DNA from: Tagaea sp.
GTDB lineage: Bacteria; Pseudomonadota; Alphaproteobacteria; CACIAM-22H2
Assembly (NCBI GenBank): GCA_044378015.1
Contig: JBILXZ010000015.1
Span: 3,013-67,012, forward strand
Direction of reading: 5' to 3'
Length of the DNA stretch: 64,000 bases
Part shown: positions 39,159 to 49,119 of the stretch, in pieces
Layout: the number at the start of each line of letters is the position of its first letter
How positions within the stretch are numbered: the stretch's first letter is position 1
Made by a program: the position numbers and the translations under genes
The notes under the pieces: model-generated
What the model saw: only the letters and a program-made list of their open reading frames with translations
Databases searched by the model: none
Told to the model about the DNA's origin: nothing

Positions 39159-40259
39159 TTATGCCTTCAAGGGCGCCTCAGACGTGCTGCCGCGGATCAT
39201 CAGTTCGGCATTAAACCGCCCCGGCAGCCTGGTATCCGGCGCCTTCTCGAGGCTTCCGACGATGAACTTCGCAATGGCATGCCCGATATCGATCGCAGGC
39301 ACTCGCACTGTTGTCAGCGGTGGCTCGATTTGAGCGGCCATTTCCAGATCGTCAAAACCGGTGACGCTGATATCCTTCGGAACAGACAGGCCCGCCGCCT
39401 TCGCTTCGATCACAGCACCGGCTGCCAAATAGTCGTTGGCGCAGATTACGGCCGTGGGGCGCACGCCTTCAGACTTCAGCAAACGCTGCATGCCTTCCCG
39501 CCCGGCACCGATCAGATATTTCTCGACGATGATTTCATGCTGCGGCCGCACCGCCAGGCCGACATTGGCGAGCACCGCCTTCACCGCCTCGATACGCTGG
39601 CGGATACGGTCATTGCCCTCATACTGGCGGGAAACGATGGCGAAATCGCGATGGCCGAGGCTCAGCAGGTATTCGATCAGCCGCGACATTTCCAAGAAAT
39701 TGTCGAAACCGATGCAGTTCTTTCCGCCGTTGCGCCCGCTGGTATAGGCCGTCACGTAGAAGACCTTGCGGCTATCAAGGAACTCCACTAAGGCCTGCGG
39801 CTGCTCCTCGCCCATAAGGATCAGGCATTCGATGCCGTGCTCCAGCATCTTCGTCGCCTGTCGCAAGGTGCGGTCCGGCTGCAGTTCGGGTTTGCCGAGA
39901 AAAAGCGTATATCCGGCGTCGCTCAGATCCTGCTGAATCGCCTCGACCATGGCCATGATCGCCTGATGGCCCAAAGTCGGGATCAGCGCGCCGACCGTGC
40001 GCGTACGCAGCGAGGCCAGCGCCTTGGCGGCACCGTGCGGGATCCAGTTGAGCGATCGGATCGCCGCCTCGACGCGCTGGCGCGTATCGGCCTGGACCTT
40101 GTTCGGCGAATTGAGAACACGCGACGCCGTCGCCGTCGAGACACCCGCAGCCCGGGCGACGTCCTCGAGCTTCGCCGACGACGGGCTTTGCTTGCGCACG
40201 CGTCGCTTGATCGGCTTGACGCGCTCCTGCCGAGACGTTGACTTGGACTTCTTTGCCAC
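39159..40259 (-). CDS. LacI family transcriptional regulator
   Basis: HTH LEDVARAAGVSTATASRVLN and a periplasmic-binding-protein-like core. Basic N-terminal extension. Confidence 0.85.
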   Translation of the reverse strand: MAKKSKSTSRQERVKPIKRRVRKQSPSSAKLEDVARAAGVSTATASRVLNSPNKVQADTRQRVEAAIRSLNWIPHGAAKALASLRTRTVGALIPTLGHQAIMAMVEAIQQDLSDAGYTLFLGKPELQPDRTLRQATKMLEHGIECLILMGEEQPQALVEFLDSRKVFYVTAYTSGRNGGKNCIGFDNFLEMSRLIEYLLSLGHRDFAIVSRQYEGNDRIRQRIEAVKAVLANVGLAVRPQHEIIVEKYLIGAGREGMQRLLKSEGVRPTAVICANDYLAAGAVIEAKAAGLSVPKDISVTGFDDLEMAAQIEPPLTTVRVPAIDIGHAIAKFIVGSLEKAPDTRLPGRFNAELMIRGSTSEAPLKA

Positions 40260-40362
40260 CCCGCGCGCCTTTCGTTGTTCGCATCGAATCTAAGGCTTTG
40301 CACCCCCAAATCCCTAGTGCAGTTCGACGATTCGATGCAATTCAAACTTATCGGTCAACCGA

Positions 40363-41442
40363 CTAGAAAGAATGCCACCCCTTGTATCGGGCATGCCGGC
40401 TGTCGATGGGCAGGTTCTCGGTCCGGCCGGTCTCGGCGGCGGAATAGATCGCGGTAATCAGCTCCAGCGCGCGACGTGCCTCCTCGAGCGTAATATCGAA
40501 GGGCAAGCCCTCGGTCACCGATTTGTGGAACGCGCGGAACTGGCCCGCAAAAAAGAGATCACCCGTCGGGAAGCCGGCGGTCGCCGCATCGATGTCGCGC
40601 TGCAGCTCGGGGCGCATCGGCACGATCGTCCAAGGCTCGAGCGCCGGCTTGGGCGCATCGAGATCGAAACAATTGCGCTCGATCGTGAAATTCTCGAAGC
40701 AGAAGCGCATGCGGGTCGAAGGACGCGCGGAGCCCAGCGTCGCGGTGAGAGACGCAAGCGAACCATCCGACATCTGAAGGCTTGCCACCGCGCAATCCTC
40801 GACCTCGATGGGATTGACCCGCGTGGTCTTGAACGAAGCGACCTTCGCGACCGGGCCCGCGAGGCACATGAACAGGTCGTGGATGTGAATGGACTGCGTG
40901 ACGAGAACGCCGCCCAGTTCAGTCGCAAACTTTCCGCGCCATGGCACCTGATAGTAAGCGGCACCGCGCAGCCAGGCCGTCTCGATCGAGGAAACATAGA
41001 GCTTCCCGCCGAGGCCCGAGCGCACCAATGCGCGCACGCGCTCGAAGCCGGGGCCATAGCGATACTGGAAGATCGGCATGACCCGCGCCTTGGATGTCTT
41101 CTGTGCTGCGATCACATCGTCCATGAGCGCGAGCGAACTCGTGAATGGCTTCTCGCAAAGCGCATGCTTTCCCGCCGCAAGTGCGGCCCGAACCATCGAG
41201 TGGTGCTCGGACGGCGGCGTGCAGATGCTGACGGCGTCGATGTCGGGCATTGCAAGAACGTCGGCATAGTTCGTCGTCCGTCCGGCAATCCCGTACTTAT
41301 CTGCAAACGCGGCCAGGCGCGCCGGCTCGATCTCGCAGCAGACGGCGATGTCGAATTGATCGCGCAGCAACGCAAATCCGTTCTCGATCTGGTTTCCGGC
41401 CACCCATCCGCATCCGACGATCGCGATCTTCAATTTCCGCAC
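40363..41442 (-). CDS. Gfo/Idh/MocA family oxidoreductase (GTG start)
   Basis: KIAIVGCGW Rossmann motif, EKP motif, and GGGGAG SD before the GTG at 41442. The track ORF reaching 41523 is an upstream read-through. Confidence 0.8.
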   Translation of the reverse strand: MRKLKIAIVGCGWVAGNQIENGFALLRDQFDIAVCCEIEPARLAAFADKYGIAGRTTNYADVLAMPDIDAVSICTPPSEHHSMVRAALAAGKHALCEKPFTSSLALMDDVIAAQKTSKARVMPIFQYRYGPGFERVRALVRSGLGGKLYVSSIETAWLRGAAYYQVPWRGKFATELGGVLVTQSIHIHDLFMCLAGPVAKVASFKTTRVNPIEVEDCAVASLQMSDGSLASLTATLGSARPSTRMRFCFENFTIERNCFDLDAPKPALEPWTIVPMRPELQRDIDAATAGFPTGDLFFAGQFRAFHKSVTEGLPFDITLEEARRALELITAIYSAAETGRTENLPIDSRHARYKGWHSF

Positions 41443-41471
41443 GTGTCTCCCCTCTCGGTTAATCGATAGAT

Positions 41472-43175
41472 TCAGTTCCGCCGTGCGCGGACGGGTACCT
41501 TGCGCAGGAAATCGAAATCGCAACCGTGCTCAGCCTGCAGGACCTCGTCGAAATAGAGGCCGTAATAGCCGCGCTCGGGCCTCAGCGGCGGGACCCACCC
41601 CTTGCGACGTTCGGCAAGGGTTTGCGCATCGACCAGCAGTTCGATCCGGCCAGCCGCCACGTCGAGCGCGATGCGGTCGCCATCGCGCACGAGTGCGAGC
41701 GGCCCGCCATCGGCGCACTCGGGGCTTATATGCAGCACGATCGTGCCGAATGCCGTACCGCTCATGCGCGCATCGGAGATCCGCACCATGTCGGTCACAC
41801 CGGCTGCCGCGAGTTTCCTTGGGATCGGCAGATAGCCGGCCTCCGGCATGCCCGGTGCGCCCTTCGGCCCGGCATTCTGCAGGACGAGCACGTCGTCCGC
41901 CGTCACGTCCAGATCCGCTGCATCGATACGATCGGCCATGTCGGCCAGCGACGTGAACACGACCGCGCGCCCTTCGTGCTTCAGCAGCCGCTTCGTTGCG
42001 GCAGCCTGCTTGATCAATGCACCATTGGGTGCAAGGTTGCCGTGCAGCACGCGCAATCCGCCGCCCTTGTGGATCGGGTCGGAGACCGGGCGAATTACGT
42101 CCTGCTTCCAGCCCGGCGGCGTGCGCGGAATTGTTGACGCCAGGGTACCCCCAGTGACCGTGAGGCACTGTTTATTCAGGTCGGCTTCGATCTCGCGCAG
42201 GATTTGGCCGAGCCCGCCGGCCTTGTGCAGATCTTCCATATAGTGCTGGCCCGACGGTTTGAGATCGACGAGCACCGGCGTCTCCACGCCCATCCGGTCG
42301 AAGGCGGCATAATCGATGTCGATACCCAGCCGCCCCGCGACCGCGGCAAGATGGATGAGGCCATTGGTCGATCCGCCGACCGCCTGCAGCACGCGCAGCG
42401 CGTTGTCGAACGCTTCCTTCGTCATGATCTTCGTCGGCCGCAGATCTTCCTTCGCCATCGCCACGGCGCGGGCACCGGTTGCCTCGCCGTGACGCAGGCG
42501 GTCGGCATGCACGGCCGGAATGCAAGCACCGCCGGGCAGCATCATGCCAAGTGCTTCGGCGCAAAGCGCCATCGTGCTGGCGGTTCCCATGACCATGCAG
42601 GTCCCGGGGCCGGGCGCGAGTTGTTCGTTGATCTCGTCGATCTCGGCCTGATCGATCTCCCCGGCGCGATGCTTGCCCCACAGGCGGCGGCAATCCGTGC
42701 AAGCACCCAGCCGCTCGCCCTTGTGGCTCCCGGTGATCATCGGACCGGTCACCGTGAGGATCGCAGGCACGTCCGCACTTGCCGCGCCCATCAGCAGAGC
42801 CGGCACGGTCTTGTCGCAACCGCCAATCAGCACGACGGCGTCCATCGGCTGGGCGCGGATCATCTCCTCGGCCGCCATGGCCATCAGGTTGCGCAGGAAC
42901 ATGCTCGTCGGGTGCGAGAAGGCTTCATGGATCGAGATGAGCGGAAACTCGATCGGCAACCCGCCCGCAAGCATCACACCGCGCTTGATCGCGTCGATCA
43001 GCTCCGGGACGTTGCGGTGGCATGCATTGTAGGCCGAGTAGGTATCGGTAATGCCGACGATCGACCGATCGAGGGCGTCGTCCGAATAGCCCATCGCCTT
43101 AATGAATGCCTTGCGCAGGAACAGCGAGAACCCCGCGTCGCCGTACTGCGCCAAACTCTTTTTCATGCCCTTCAT
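41472..43175 (-). CDS. IlvD/EDD family dehydratase (dihydroxy-acid or sugar-acid dehydratase)
   Basis: …GPGTCMVMGTASTMA… and the ~567-aa size of the Fe–S dehydratase family. Confidence 0.9.
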   Translation of the reverse strand: MKGMKKSLAQYGDAGFSLFLRKAFIKAMGYSDDALDRSIVGITDTYSAYNACHRNVPELIDAIKRGVMLAGGLPIEFPLISIHEAFSHPTSMFLRNLMAMAAEEMIRAQPMDAVVLIGGCDKTVPALLMGAASADVPAILTVTGPMITGSHKGERLGACTDCRRLWGKHRAGEIDQAEIDEINEQLAPGPGTCMVMGTASTMALCAEALGMMLPGGACIPAVHADRLRHGEATGARAVAMAKEDLRPTKIMTKEAFDNALRVLQAVGGSTNGLIHLAAVAGRLGIDIDYAAFDRMGVETPVLVDLKPSGQHYMEDLHKAGGLGQILREIEADLNKQCLTVTGGTLASTIPRTPPGWKQDVIRPVSDPIHKGGGLRVLHGNLAPNGALIKQAAATKRLLKHEGRAVVFTSLADMADRIDAADLDVTADDVLVLQNAGPKGAPGMPEAGYLPIPRKLAAAGVTDMVRISDARMSGTAFGTIVLHISPECADGGPLALVRDGDRIALDVAAGRIELLVDAQTLAERRKGWVPPLRPERGYYGLYFDEVLQAEHGCDFDFLRKVPVRARRN

Positions 43176-43202
43176 GGAGCGCCTGCCAAACCTGTTGTGC
43201 CG

Positions 43203-43697
43203 TCAATCCTTGAGGATGCCGGTCGCACTGAAAATGTCTTTGATGGTCCCGCAATAGCCCACGAGTTTGGGCGACGCGAGAACGGCACTGCTGCGCGGGC
43301 GCGGCAGATCGATGTCGATGATCCGCTCGACGCGGCCCGGGCGCGACGTCATCACCACGACGCGATCGGAAAGTGCCACCGCCTCGGCAATGCCGTGCGT
43401 GATGAACAAGACGTTCTGTCGGCGATCGAGCCAAAGCTTTTCGAGATCGACGCGCATCTGCTCGCGCGCCAGCGCATCGAGGGCGCCGAACGGCTCGTCG
43501 AAAAAGAGGAATGGCGGGGCATGGACGAGTGCGCGGCAGATGGCGGCGCGCTGGCGCATCCCGCCGAACAGTTCGAACGGGTAGCGGTTCTCGAAGCCCT
43601 CGAGACCCACCTTCTTGAGCAGATCCATCGCGCGCGGCAAAAGCTCCTTTGCGAGGATCTTGCGCAGATCGGACTGCAGCATCACGTTCTGGAGGAC
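43203..43697 (-). pseudogene. Remnant of a NitT/TauT-family ABC ATP-binding protein (SsuB/TauB-like), 5'-truncated
   Basis: Only the distal part is present (…FELFGGMRQRAAICRAL…LFFDEPFGALDA…ITHGIAEAV…). Walker A and Q-loop are absent. Upstream 43698..43802 is non-ABC and carries an operator-like site. No cognate SBP or permease nearby. Confidence 0.6.
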
Positions 43698-43779
43698 AGC
43701 ACGGCTGCAAGGACCAGAAGCGGCTCGACTGCGTCCAAGAACTGGCGCTTGCGCAAAAAAGACGCCCCCCAGGCGAATT

Positions 43780-43795
43780 ATGAAATCGCTTACAT
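43780..43795. promoter_or_regulatory. LacI-type operator site F: ATGAAATCGCTTACAT
   Basis: Perfect GCTTACAT half-site in the region now fused to the truncated ABC gene, upstream (minus strand) of the IlvD/EDD–Gfo–LacI–TRAP genes. Confidence 0.45.
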
Positions 43796-43855
43796 AATAC
43801 ACGGCGGATCGGCTCGGTCAATAGACCGACGCACACGACGCCGGCGCAAGCCAAG

Positions 43856-44776
43856 TTAGGGCAACTTGCCCTGTGCGGCGGCGAGGATCTCATACCAATC
43901 CTGCCGATCAAGCTGGATATGCGCGGCCGCAGCAAGTGCGCGCAGGCGCACGAAACGTGTCGTGCCGAGCACCGGGACCGGTCGACTTGGCAGGCAGAGC
44001 AGCCAAGTAAGCGCGACAGTGCCGATATCGTCGGCTCCGCGACGCAAGCCCACCTCGCGCAACGCCGCACGGATTGGGCTTGTGGACGCATCTGCAGCGT
44101 CGAAGAGCCGGCCGCCGCCGAGCGGAGACCAGATCATCGGCGCTGCACCGGCTTCCTGCGCCTGTGCAAGCGTTCCATCGAAGAGGGGTGCGCGCGCGAG
44201 AACCGACAATTCGATTTGGTTCGTGACGATCGGCAGCGAAAGCATCGACTGCAGCAGCGACAGCTGATGCGGCGCATGGTTCGAGACGCCGACCGAGCGG
44301 ACCTTGCCGGCGGCGACGAGCGCTTCGAGGGCACGCGCAGTTTCCTCGGCAGGGGCGAGAAAGTCGGGCCGATGCACGAGGAGAAGGTCGAGATAGTCCG
44401 TACCGATCGCCTTCAGCGCATTTTCGACCGTGGCTTCGATGTGCGCCCGACTATTGTCGTAGTGCTTCACCCGATGCAGCGGGCGCGCGTTACCGATATT
44501 GCAGAGCCCGAACTTCGATACGATTTCGATCCCGCTACGACCGGCCGAACGCGCACGCAGGGCAGCGCCAAAGAGCCCTTCGATCTCATAGTTGCCGTAT
44601 ATGTCGGCAAGGTCGAAGGTCGTGATGCCGATTTCGACGCATCGATCGACGAAGACGGCAAGCCTCGCTGGCGTATTCGTCTCCTCGCCCTTCAGCGCCC
44701 GCCATACGCCCCAAGCAAGGCGAGAGATGTCGGGACCTCGGGCGTGAATCTTCTGTCTAGGCACAAGCATCGCCAA
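43856..44776 (-). CDS. Aldo/keto reductase
   Basis: …DLADIYGNYEIEGLFG… (AKR catalytic Tyr region) and the ~300-aa (β/α)8 family size. Confidence 0.85.
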   Translation of the reverse strand: MAMLVPRQKIHARGPDISRLAWGVWRALKGEETNTPARLAVFVDRCVEIGITTFDLADIYGNYEIEGLFGAALRARSAGRSGIEIVSKFGLCNIGNARPLHRVKHYDNSRAHIEATVENALKAIGTDYLDLLLVHRPDFLAPAEETARALEALVAAGKVRSVGVSNHAPHQLSLLQSMLSLPIVTNQIELSVLARAPLFDGTLAQAQEAGAAPMIWSPLGGGRLFDAADASTSPIRAALREVGLRRGADDIGTVALTWLLCLPSRPVPVLGTTRFVRLRALAAAAHIQLDRQDWYEILAAAQGKLP

Positions 44777-44985
44777 ACCTCATACATGCGCACACATGTT
44801 CAAGGACATGCCGTATCTCGCCCTGTGTGCAAACTGAACAATCTTGTCCCTCGATCTGCGCAACATTACCAAAGGGCAAATACCACCAGTTCGAGCCAAC
44901 AAGAAGGCCCGGCAACCTCGCTCCCGGCGACGCGCTGCGCCCCGCATGCAGGGCGGCGAGATCGCGCCGAATTAGGCCGCACGCT

Positions 44986-46380
44986 TTAGGTATTGTCGAA
45001 GCCGCCAACCGCCGCGCTCAATGCAGCGCGAATACGCGCATTGCACAGAAGTTCGCGGCCGAAGACGGGTTCGAAGCTGAGAAAGTCGTCGGTCGTACGC
45101 AACTTTCCCAATGCTTCGGCCAGCGGGTCGGACAGGTTGCTCTTCAAACGGCGCACATAGTCGATCCAAGCGGCAACAGCCTTTATTGCCTCAGGAGCGG
45201 TACGGCCTGCGGCATACGCATCGGCAATCGTGCCGAGGAGGCGCTGCGGAAGCTTCTGCGATCCATCCATTGCAATCTGAGAAAGCCGATGCTGGATACC
45301 AGCGTTGGCAAAACGCACGCGGAGCTGCGCGCTGTAGGCGGCGATATCGAGCCTTGGCACTGGATCGAGCGTGGTTGCAGCCTCGGCCATCAGCGCGCGG
45401 ATTGCGGCGGCGAGTTCGGGATCGGCCATCGCCTCTGCGACGGTCGTGTACCCCTTGGCGAGGCCGCGATAAGCCAACGCAGAGTGAGCACCGTTGAGCA
45501 GACGCAGCTTGGCGCGCTCGAAGGGGGCGACATCCGGCACGATTTCGACGCCGACGCTATCCCAGGAGGGGCGCGCGTCCGAGAAACGATCTTCGATCAC
45601 CCACTGGGCGAAGGGTTCGGCAACGACCACGGCACGGTCCGCGCACCCGAGCAGCGTACGTGAGGCCAAACTATCGTCGTCGGTCGTTGCAGGAACGATG
45701 CGATCCACCATCGTGCAGGGAAATCGCACCTCTTCGGCAATCCACGTGGCCAAGCCCGGATATCGCAACGCGGCAAACTGCTTGACCAGCTTCGCTAGGA
45801 CGCCGCCGTTGGACGGCAGATTGTCGCAGGAGACAATGGTCGGCGGGGTGTGGCGACGCGCACGGACGGCTGAAAGGCCTGCCGCCAGAAAGCCGATGGC
45901 GGAACACGGCGCATCAGGCTTGGCCAGATCGGCACGAATATCCGGATGCGATTCGTCGAGATCGCCGGTTGCCGGCACGTGACAATAGCCCTTTTCGGTC
46001 ACTGTTAGCGTAACGACGCGCGTCGCGGGATCGGCAAGACGCTCGACGACAAGCGCCGGGTTGGCCGGCGCGTACAGCGCTTCGACGATGACGCCGACAA
46101 TTTCGACGTCCAGCTGCTCTGGCCCACGCGTCAAGATCGAATAGAGGCGTTCCTGCGCGTTCAGCGCTTCAGGCACCGTCCCGCCGCGCAGATTGACGGC
46201 GACAACGCCCCACGGGCCGGGAACCACTTCGATCGCGCGCTGGGTGAACCAAAACGCGTGCGCACGCGCGAAGGCGCCGCACCCCAAATGCACTGTCCCA
46301 GGCGCAAGTTCTGCAGGAGAAAAGCCCGGGCGGCGAACTATCTCGGGCAAATGCGCCAAACATGCGCGGTCGAGATTCAT
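44986..46380 (-). CDS. Mannitol dehydrogenase family protein (mannitol 2-dehydrogenase/fructuronate reductase-like)
   Basis: HLGCGAFARAH motif and a C-terminal helical domain. ATG at 46380 overlaps the upstream stop (ATGA). Confidence 0.8.
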   Translation of the reverse strand: MNLDRACLAHLPEIVRRPGFSPAELAPGTVHLGCGAFARAHAFWFTQRAIEVVPGPWGVVAVNLRGGTVPEALNAQERLYSILTRGPEQLDVEIVGVIVEALYAPANPALVVERLADPATRVVTLTVTEKGYCHVPATGDLDESHPDIRADLAKPDAPCSAIGFLAAGLSAVRARRHTPPTIVSCDNLPSNGGVLAKLVKQFAALRYPGLATWIAEEVRFPCTMVDRIVPATTDDDSLASRTLLGCADRAVVVAEPFAQWVIEDRFSDARPSWDSVGVEIVPDVAPFERAKLRLLNGAHSALAYRGLAKGYTTVAEAMADPELAAAIRALMAEAATTLDPVPRLDIAAYSAQLRVRFANAGIQHRLSQIAMDGSQKLPQRLLGTIADAYAAGRTAPEAIKAVAAWIDYVRRLKSNLSDPLAEALGKLRTTDDFLSFEPVFGRELLCNARIRAALSAAVGGFDNT

Positions 46381-47396
46381 GCAAGTGCGATCGGATTTCC
46401 GGAGGCGGCAGACGAGATCATCGCATCCAGCAATGTCATCGCTGCCACACCCGCCCCGATTTCGGGGGCAGAAGAGGGCTGACCCCGCACGCGCGAAAAG
46501 AAATCGCCAAGAATCGCGTGGTAGCCCTTGTGGTCTTCGTTTGCAGCGACGGTCAGGTTCGGCTCCCATACGAGCGTATCGACTGCGTCGGTAAGGGTCG
46601 CGTCCGCCTTCCCGACCTTGAATTCGGGCGCACGGAAATAACGAACTTCGTGTACATTGCGCACCTCGACCCGCTTGTGGTCGCCCATCACCTGCCACCA
46701 TTCCATCGGCGTGGCACGCGACTGGTGTGTACCCATAACCAGCGTCGCAAGGCCGCCGCCCTCGAAGCGGAAATCGACATGAAGAAGCAGTTTACCGGGC
46801 GCAATCTCGTGGCGGCGCGCAAGAAGAGAAACGGGCTTTCCCATCAGATGCGGCACGAGGTCCATATAGTGGACGCAATGGTGAAGATAGAAGCCCGTAT
46901 AGTCGGGATCGCGCGTGAAATAGGTCGGCGCCGTCATGTACTGGCCCATGAAACTCGCCGGCGCACCGAACTCGGGCGCATGCACCAAATTGATCGCAAT
47001 TCGGTTCGCAGTCGAATAGCGCTTCATAAATCCGAGCACCAGCGGCTTGTCCGCACGCGCGGCGGCATCGGCCAATCGGCGCGCATCGGCCGCGTTGGCG
47101 CCGGGCGGCTTCTCCATGAATACCGGCAGGCCGCGCGCCAAAGCGGCGATGCCGAGTTCGACATGAGCTGCAGGCCCGATCGCCATGCCGATCGCGTCGA
47201 TGTCGCTGCGCGCGAGAAGCGCAGCTGCGTCCTGCAACCGATCGGCCTCAGGGACGCCGTAGCTGCGACCTATCTTGCCGAGCCGGTCCGCATCCTTGTC
47301 GCACAGCGCCGCGATGACCGCGTCGTGGCGCACCAGATGCGGCAGAAGCATTTCCCCCGCATGTGTGCCGCAGCCGATCCAACCAATTCGAAGCAT
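46377..47396 (-). CDS. Gfo/Idh/MocA family oxidoreductase
   Basis: MLRIGWIGCGTHAGEM…, EKP motif (FMEKPPG). The real start is ATG 47396. The track's TTG start at 47597 is a spurious extension. Confidence 0.8.
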   Translation of the reverse strand: MLRIGWIGCGTHAGEMLLPHLVRHDAVIAALCDKDADRLGKIGRSYGVPEADRLQDAAALLARSDIDAIGMAIGPAAHVELGIAALARGLPVFMEKPPGANAADARRLADAAARADKPLVLGFMKRYSTANRIAINLVHAPEFGAPASFMGQYMTAPTYFTRDPDYTGFYLHHCVHYMDLVPHLMGKPVSLLARRHEIAPGKLLLHVDFRFEGGGLATLVMGTHQSRATPMEWWQVMGDHKRVEVRNVHEVRYFRAPEFKVGKADATLTDAVDTLVWEPNLTVAANEDHKGYHAILGDFFSRVRGQPSSAPEIGAGVAAMTLLDAMISSAASGNPIALA

Positions 47397-47398
47397 AC

Positions 47399-48286
47399 TC
47401 ACTTTGCCCTCCCGGCGGCGTCGAGTGCTGCGCGAAGATACGCCGCACTCGCGGCAAGTTCCGCGTCCTCGTTGCGCGACGGCGCACGCCACTGCGCAAC
47501 GCAAGTTCCAACCGGCACGTCGTCTCGTCGGAACGGTTCCAACGTAATCGGGCCGCGATAGCCGACAGCAACCAACGCCCGCGCAACCGACGGCCAATCG
47601 ATGTGCCCGTCGCCGAGAAAACCCCGATGGTGCTCGTTTGCCTGGAAATGGACCATGCGCGATCCGGCTTTGCGGATCGCAGCCGCGATGTCGCGATCTT
47701 CCATGTTCATGTGGAACGTGTCGAGCATGGCGCCTAGCGCGGGCGAACCGACCGCATCGACGATCGCAAGCGCATGTTCGGTCGTATTGGCGAAGTCCGT
47801 TTCGAATCGGTTGAGCGGTTCGAGCGCAAACACGACGCCATTGTCGGCAGCACGTGCCGCCACCTTGCCAAGGGCCTCGATCACCTGATCGACGCGAGTC
47901 CGGCGCAGCGTTTCGTCGATCGGTGCGGGTGCACGCCCCGCGAACACGAGCGGGGCGCCGTAAAGCGGGCCGCCGACGATCTTGGCGCCGAACGCAACGG
48001 CCGTCGCAACGCAGCTTTCAAGATAGGCCAGTCCCGCGGCGCGCATGGCCGGGTCCGGGCTTGCAAGGTCGCGCTGCAGATTGACGCGGGCTGCGAACAG
48101 GATCTCGAGACCGTTTGCGGCAGCGGCAGCCTTCGTCTCGCGCGCATCGAGTTCGCCCGGCTCCGGCACCAGCAATTCGACAAACTGCATGCCTACGCGG
48201 GCAGCACGGGCGAAACAGTCGAAATGCTCTCGGCCGAAGGGCCGTGCATAGAACATCGAGATGATGCCGATAGGGTTGGATTTCAT
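47399..48286 (-). CDS. Sugar phosphate isomerase/epimerase (xylose isomerase-like TIM barrel) protein
   Basis: 295 aa with conserved …ALEPLNRFE…TFHMNMED… metal-ligand motifs. ATG at 48286 overlaps the upstream stop. The 523-aa track ORF is an out-of-context extension. Confidence 0.8.
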   Translation of the reverse strand: MKSNPIGIISMFYARPFGREHFDCFARAARVGMQFVELLVPEPGELDARETKAAAAANGLEILFAARVNLQRDLASPDPAMRAAGLAYLESCVATAVAFGAKIVGGPLYGAPLVFAGRAPAPIDETLRRTRVDQVIEALGKVAARAADNGVVFALEPLNRFETDFANTTEHALAIVDAVGSPALGAMLDTFHMNMEDRDIAAAIRKAGSRMVHFQANEHHRGFLGDGHIDWPSVARALVAVGYRGPITLEPFRRDDVPVGTCVAQWRAPSRNEDAELAASAAYLRAALDAAGRAK

Positions 48287-49119
48287 GATTTTACGGCTCC
48301 GGCAGTCAGTCCACCGACCAAATGGCGTTGGACGAAGAGAAACAAGATGGTCACCGGCAATGCGACAAGCGTGCCGCCGGCCGTCAAAAGGCCCCATTGA
48401 ATCGTGTATTCGCCGATAAACAGCTGGAGGGCGACCGTCACAGTGCGCACATTCTGGCCCGACAGCATCATCGCGAATAGATACTCGTTCCAAGATGCGA
48501 CGAAGACGTAGATCCCGGTCGAAGCGATGCCGGGTGCGGCCAACGGCAGCAGAATGCGCGTGATCGTCTGCAGACGCGTGGCCCCGTCCACCATCGCCGC
48601 TTCGTCGAGTTCTTTGGGAATTCCGTTGAGATAGCTCGTGAGCATCCAGATCGCAAACGGGATCGCGAAGGTCGCGTGGCCGAGCACTACGCCCAATACC
48701 GTATCGAGCAGTCCGAGGGCACGCATCGCCACGAACAATGGGATTATCATCAACACGACAGGAAACATGTTGATGGTCAAAAACTGCGTCATCAGAAAGC
48801 GGCGCCCGACGAATCCGAAGCGCGAAAACGCGTAGGCTGCCGGCACGCTGAGGCCAAGGCCTAGCAGGCTGGCACACGTCGCCACAATCAACGAGTCGAG
48901 CAAGTTCTTGGGGAAGCTGGTGCGCGAGAGCAGATCGGCATAATGCCCCAAAGTCGGCGCTTCGGGCCAATAAACCACGGGAAAGCGCGCAATGTCGCTG
49001 TCAGGTTTGACCGAGGTGATGGCCATCCAAACGTAGGGAGCCAAGGCCACGACGACCAGAAGCAGAGCCGGCAGCTCGATCTCGAGAAAGCGGCGCAGCC
49101 GCGACCGACGCTCAATCAT
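48283..49119 (-). CDS. ABC sugar permease (MalG/UgpE-like)
   Basis: 6 TM segments with the EAA region …MVDGATRLQTITRILLP…. Confidence 0.85.
   Translation of the reverse strand: MIERRSRLRRFLEIELPALLLVVVALAPYVWMAITSVKPDSDIARFPVVYWPEAPTLGHYADLLSRTSFPKNLLDSLIVATCASLLGLGLSVPAAYAFSRFGFVGRRFLMTQFLTINMFPVVLMIIPLFVAMRALGLLDTVLGVVLGHATFAIPFAIWMLTSYLNGIPKELDEAAMVDGATRLQTITRILLPLAAPGIASTGIYVFVASWNEYLFAMMLSGQNVRTVTVALQLFIGEYTIQWGLLTAGGTLVALPVTILFLFVQRHLVGGLTAGAVKS

Noticed and set aside
44777-44985. Hairpin GCCGCCCTGCATGCGGGGCG after the mannitol-dehydrogenase gene as a terminator
   Set aside because: It is an imperfect stem without a following T-run. It may be a REP-like or weak terminator element, with too little support to call.
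47397-48970. N-terminal extensions of track ORFs (also 46377..47597, 50034..51518, 51269..52336, 23317..24597, 3464..4531, 40363..41523, 56990..57055)
   Set aside because: Each extension runs through the upstream gene in another frame. Internal ATG or GTG starts with RBS-like sequence and ATGA couplings give proteins of family-typical length.
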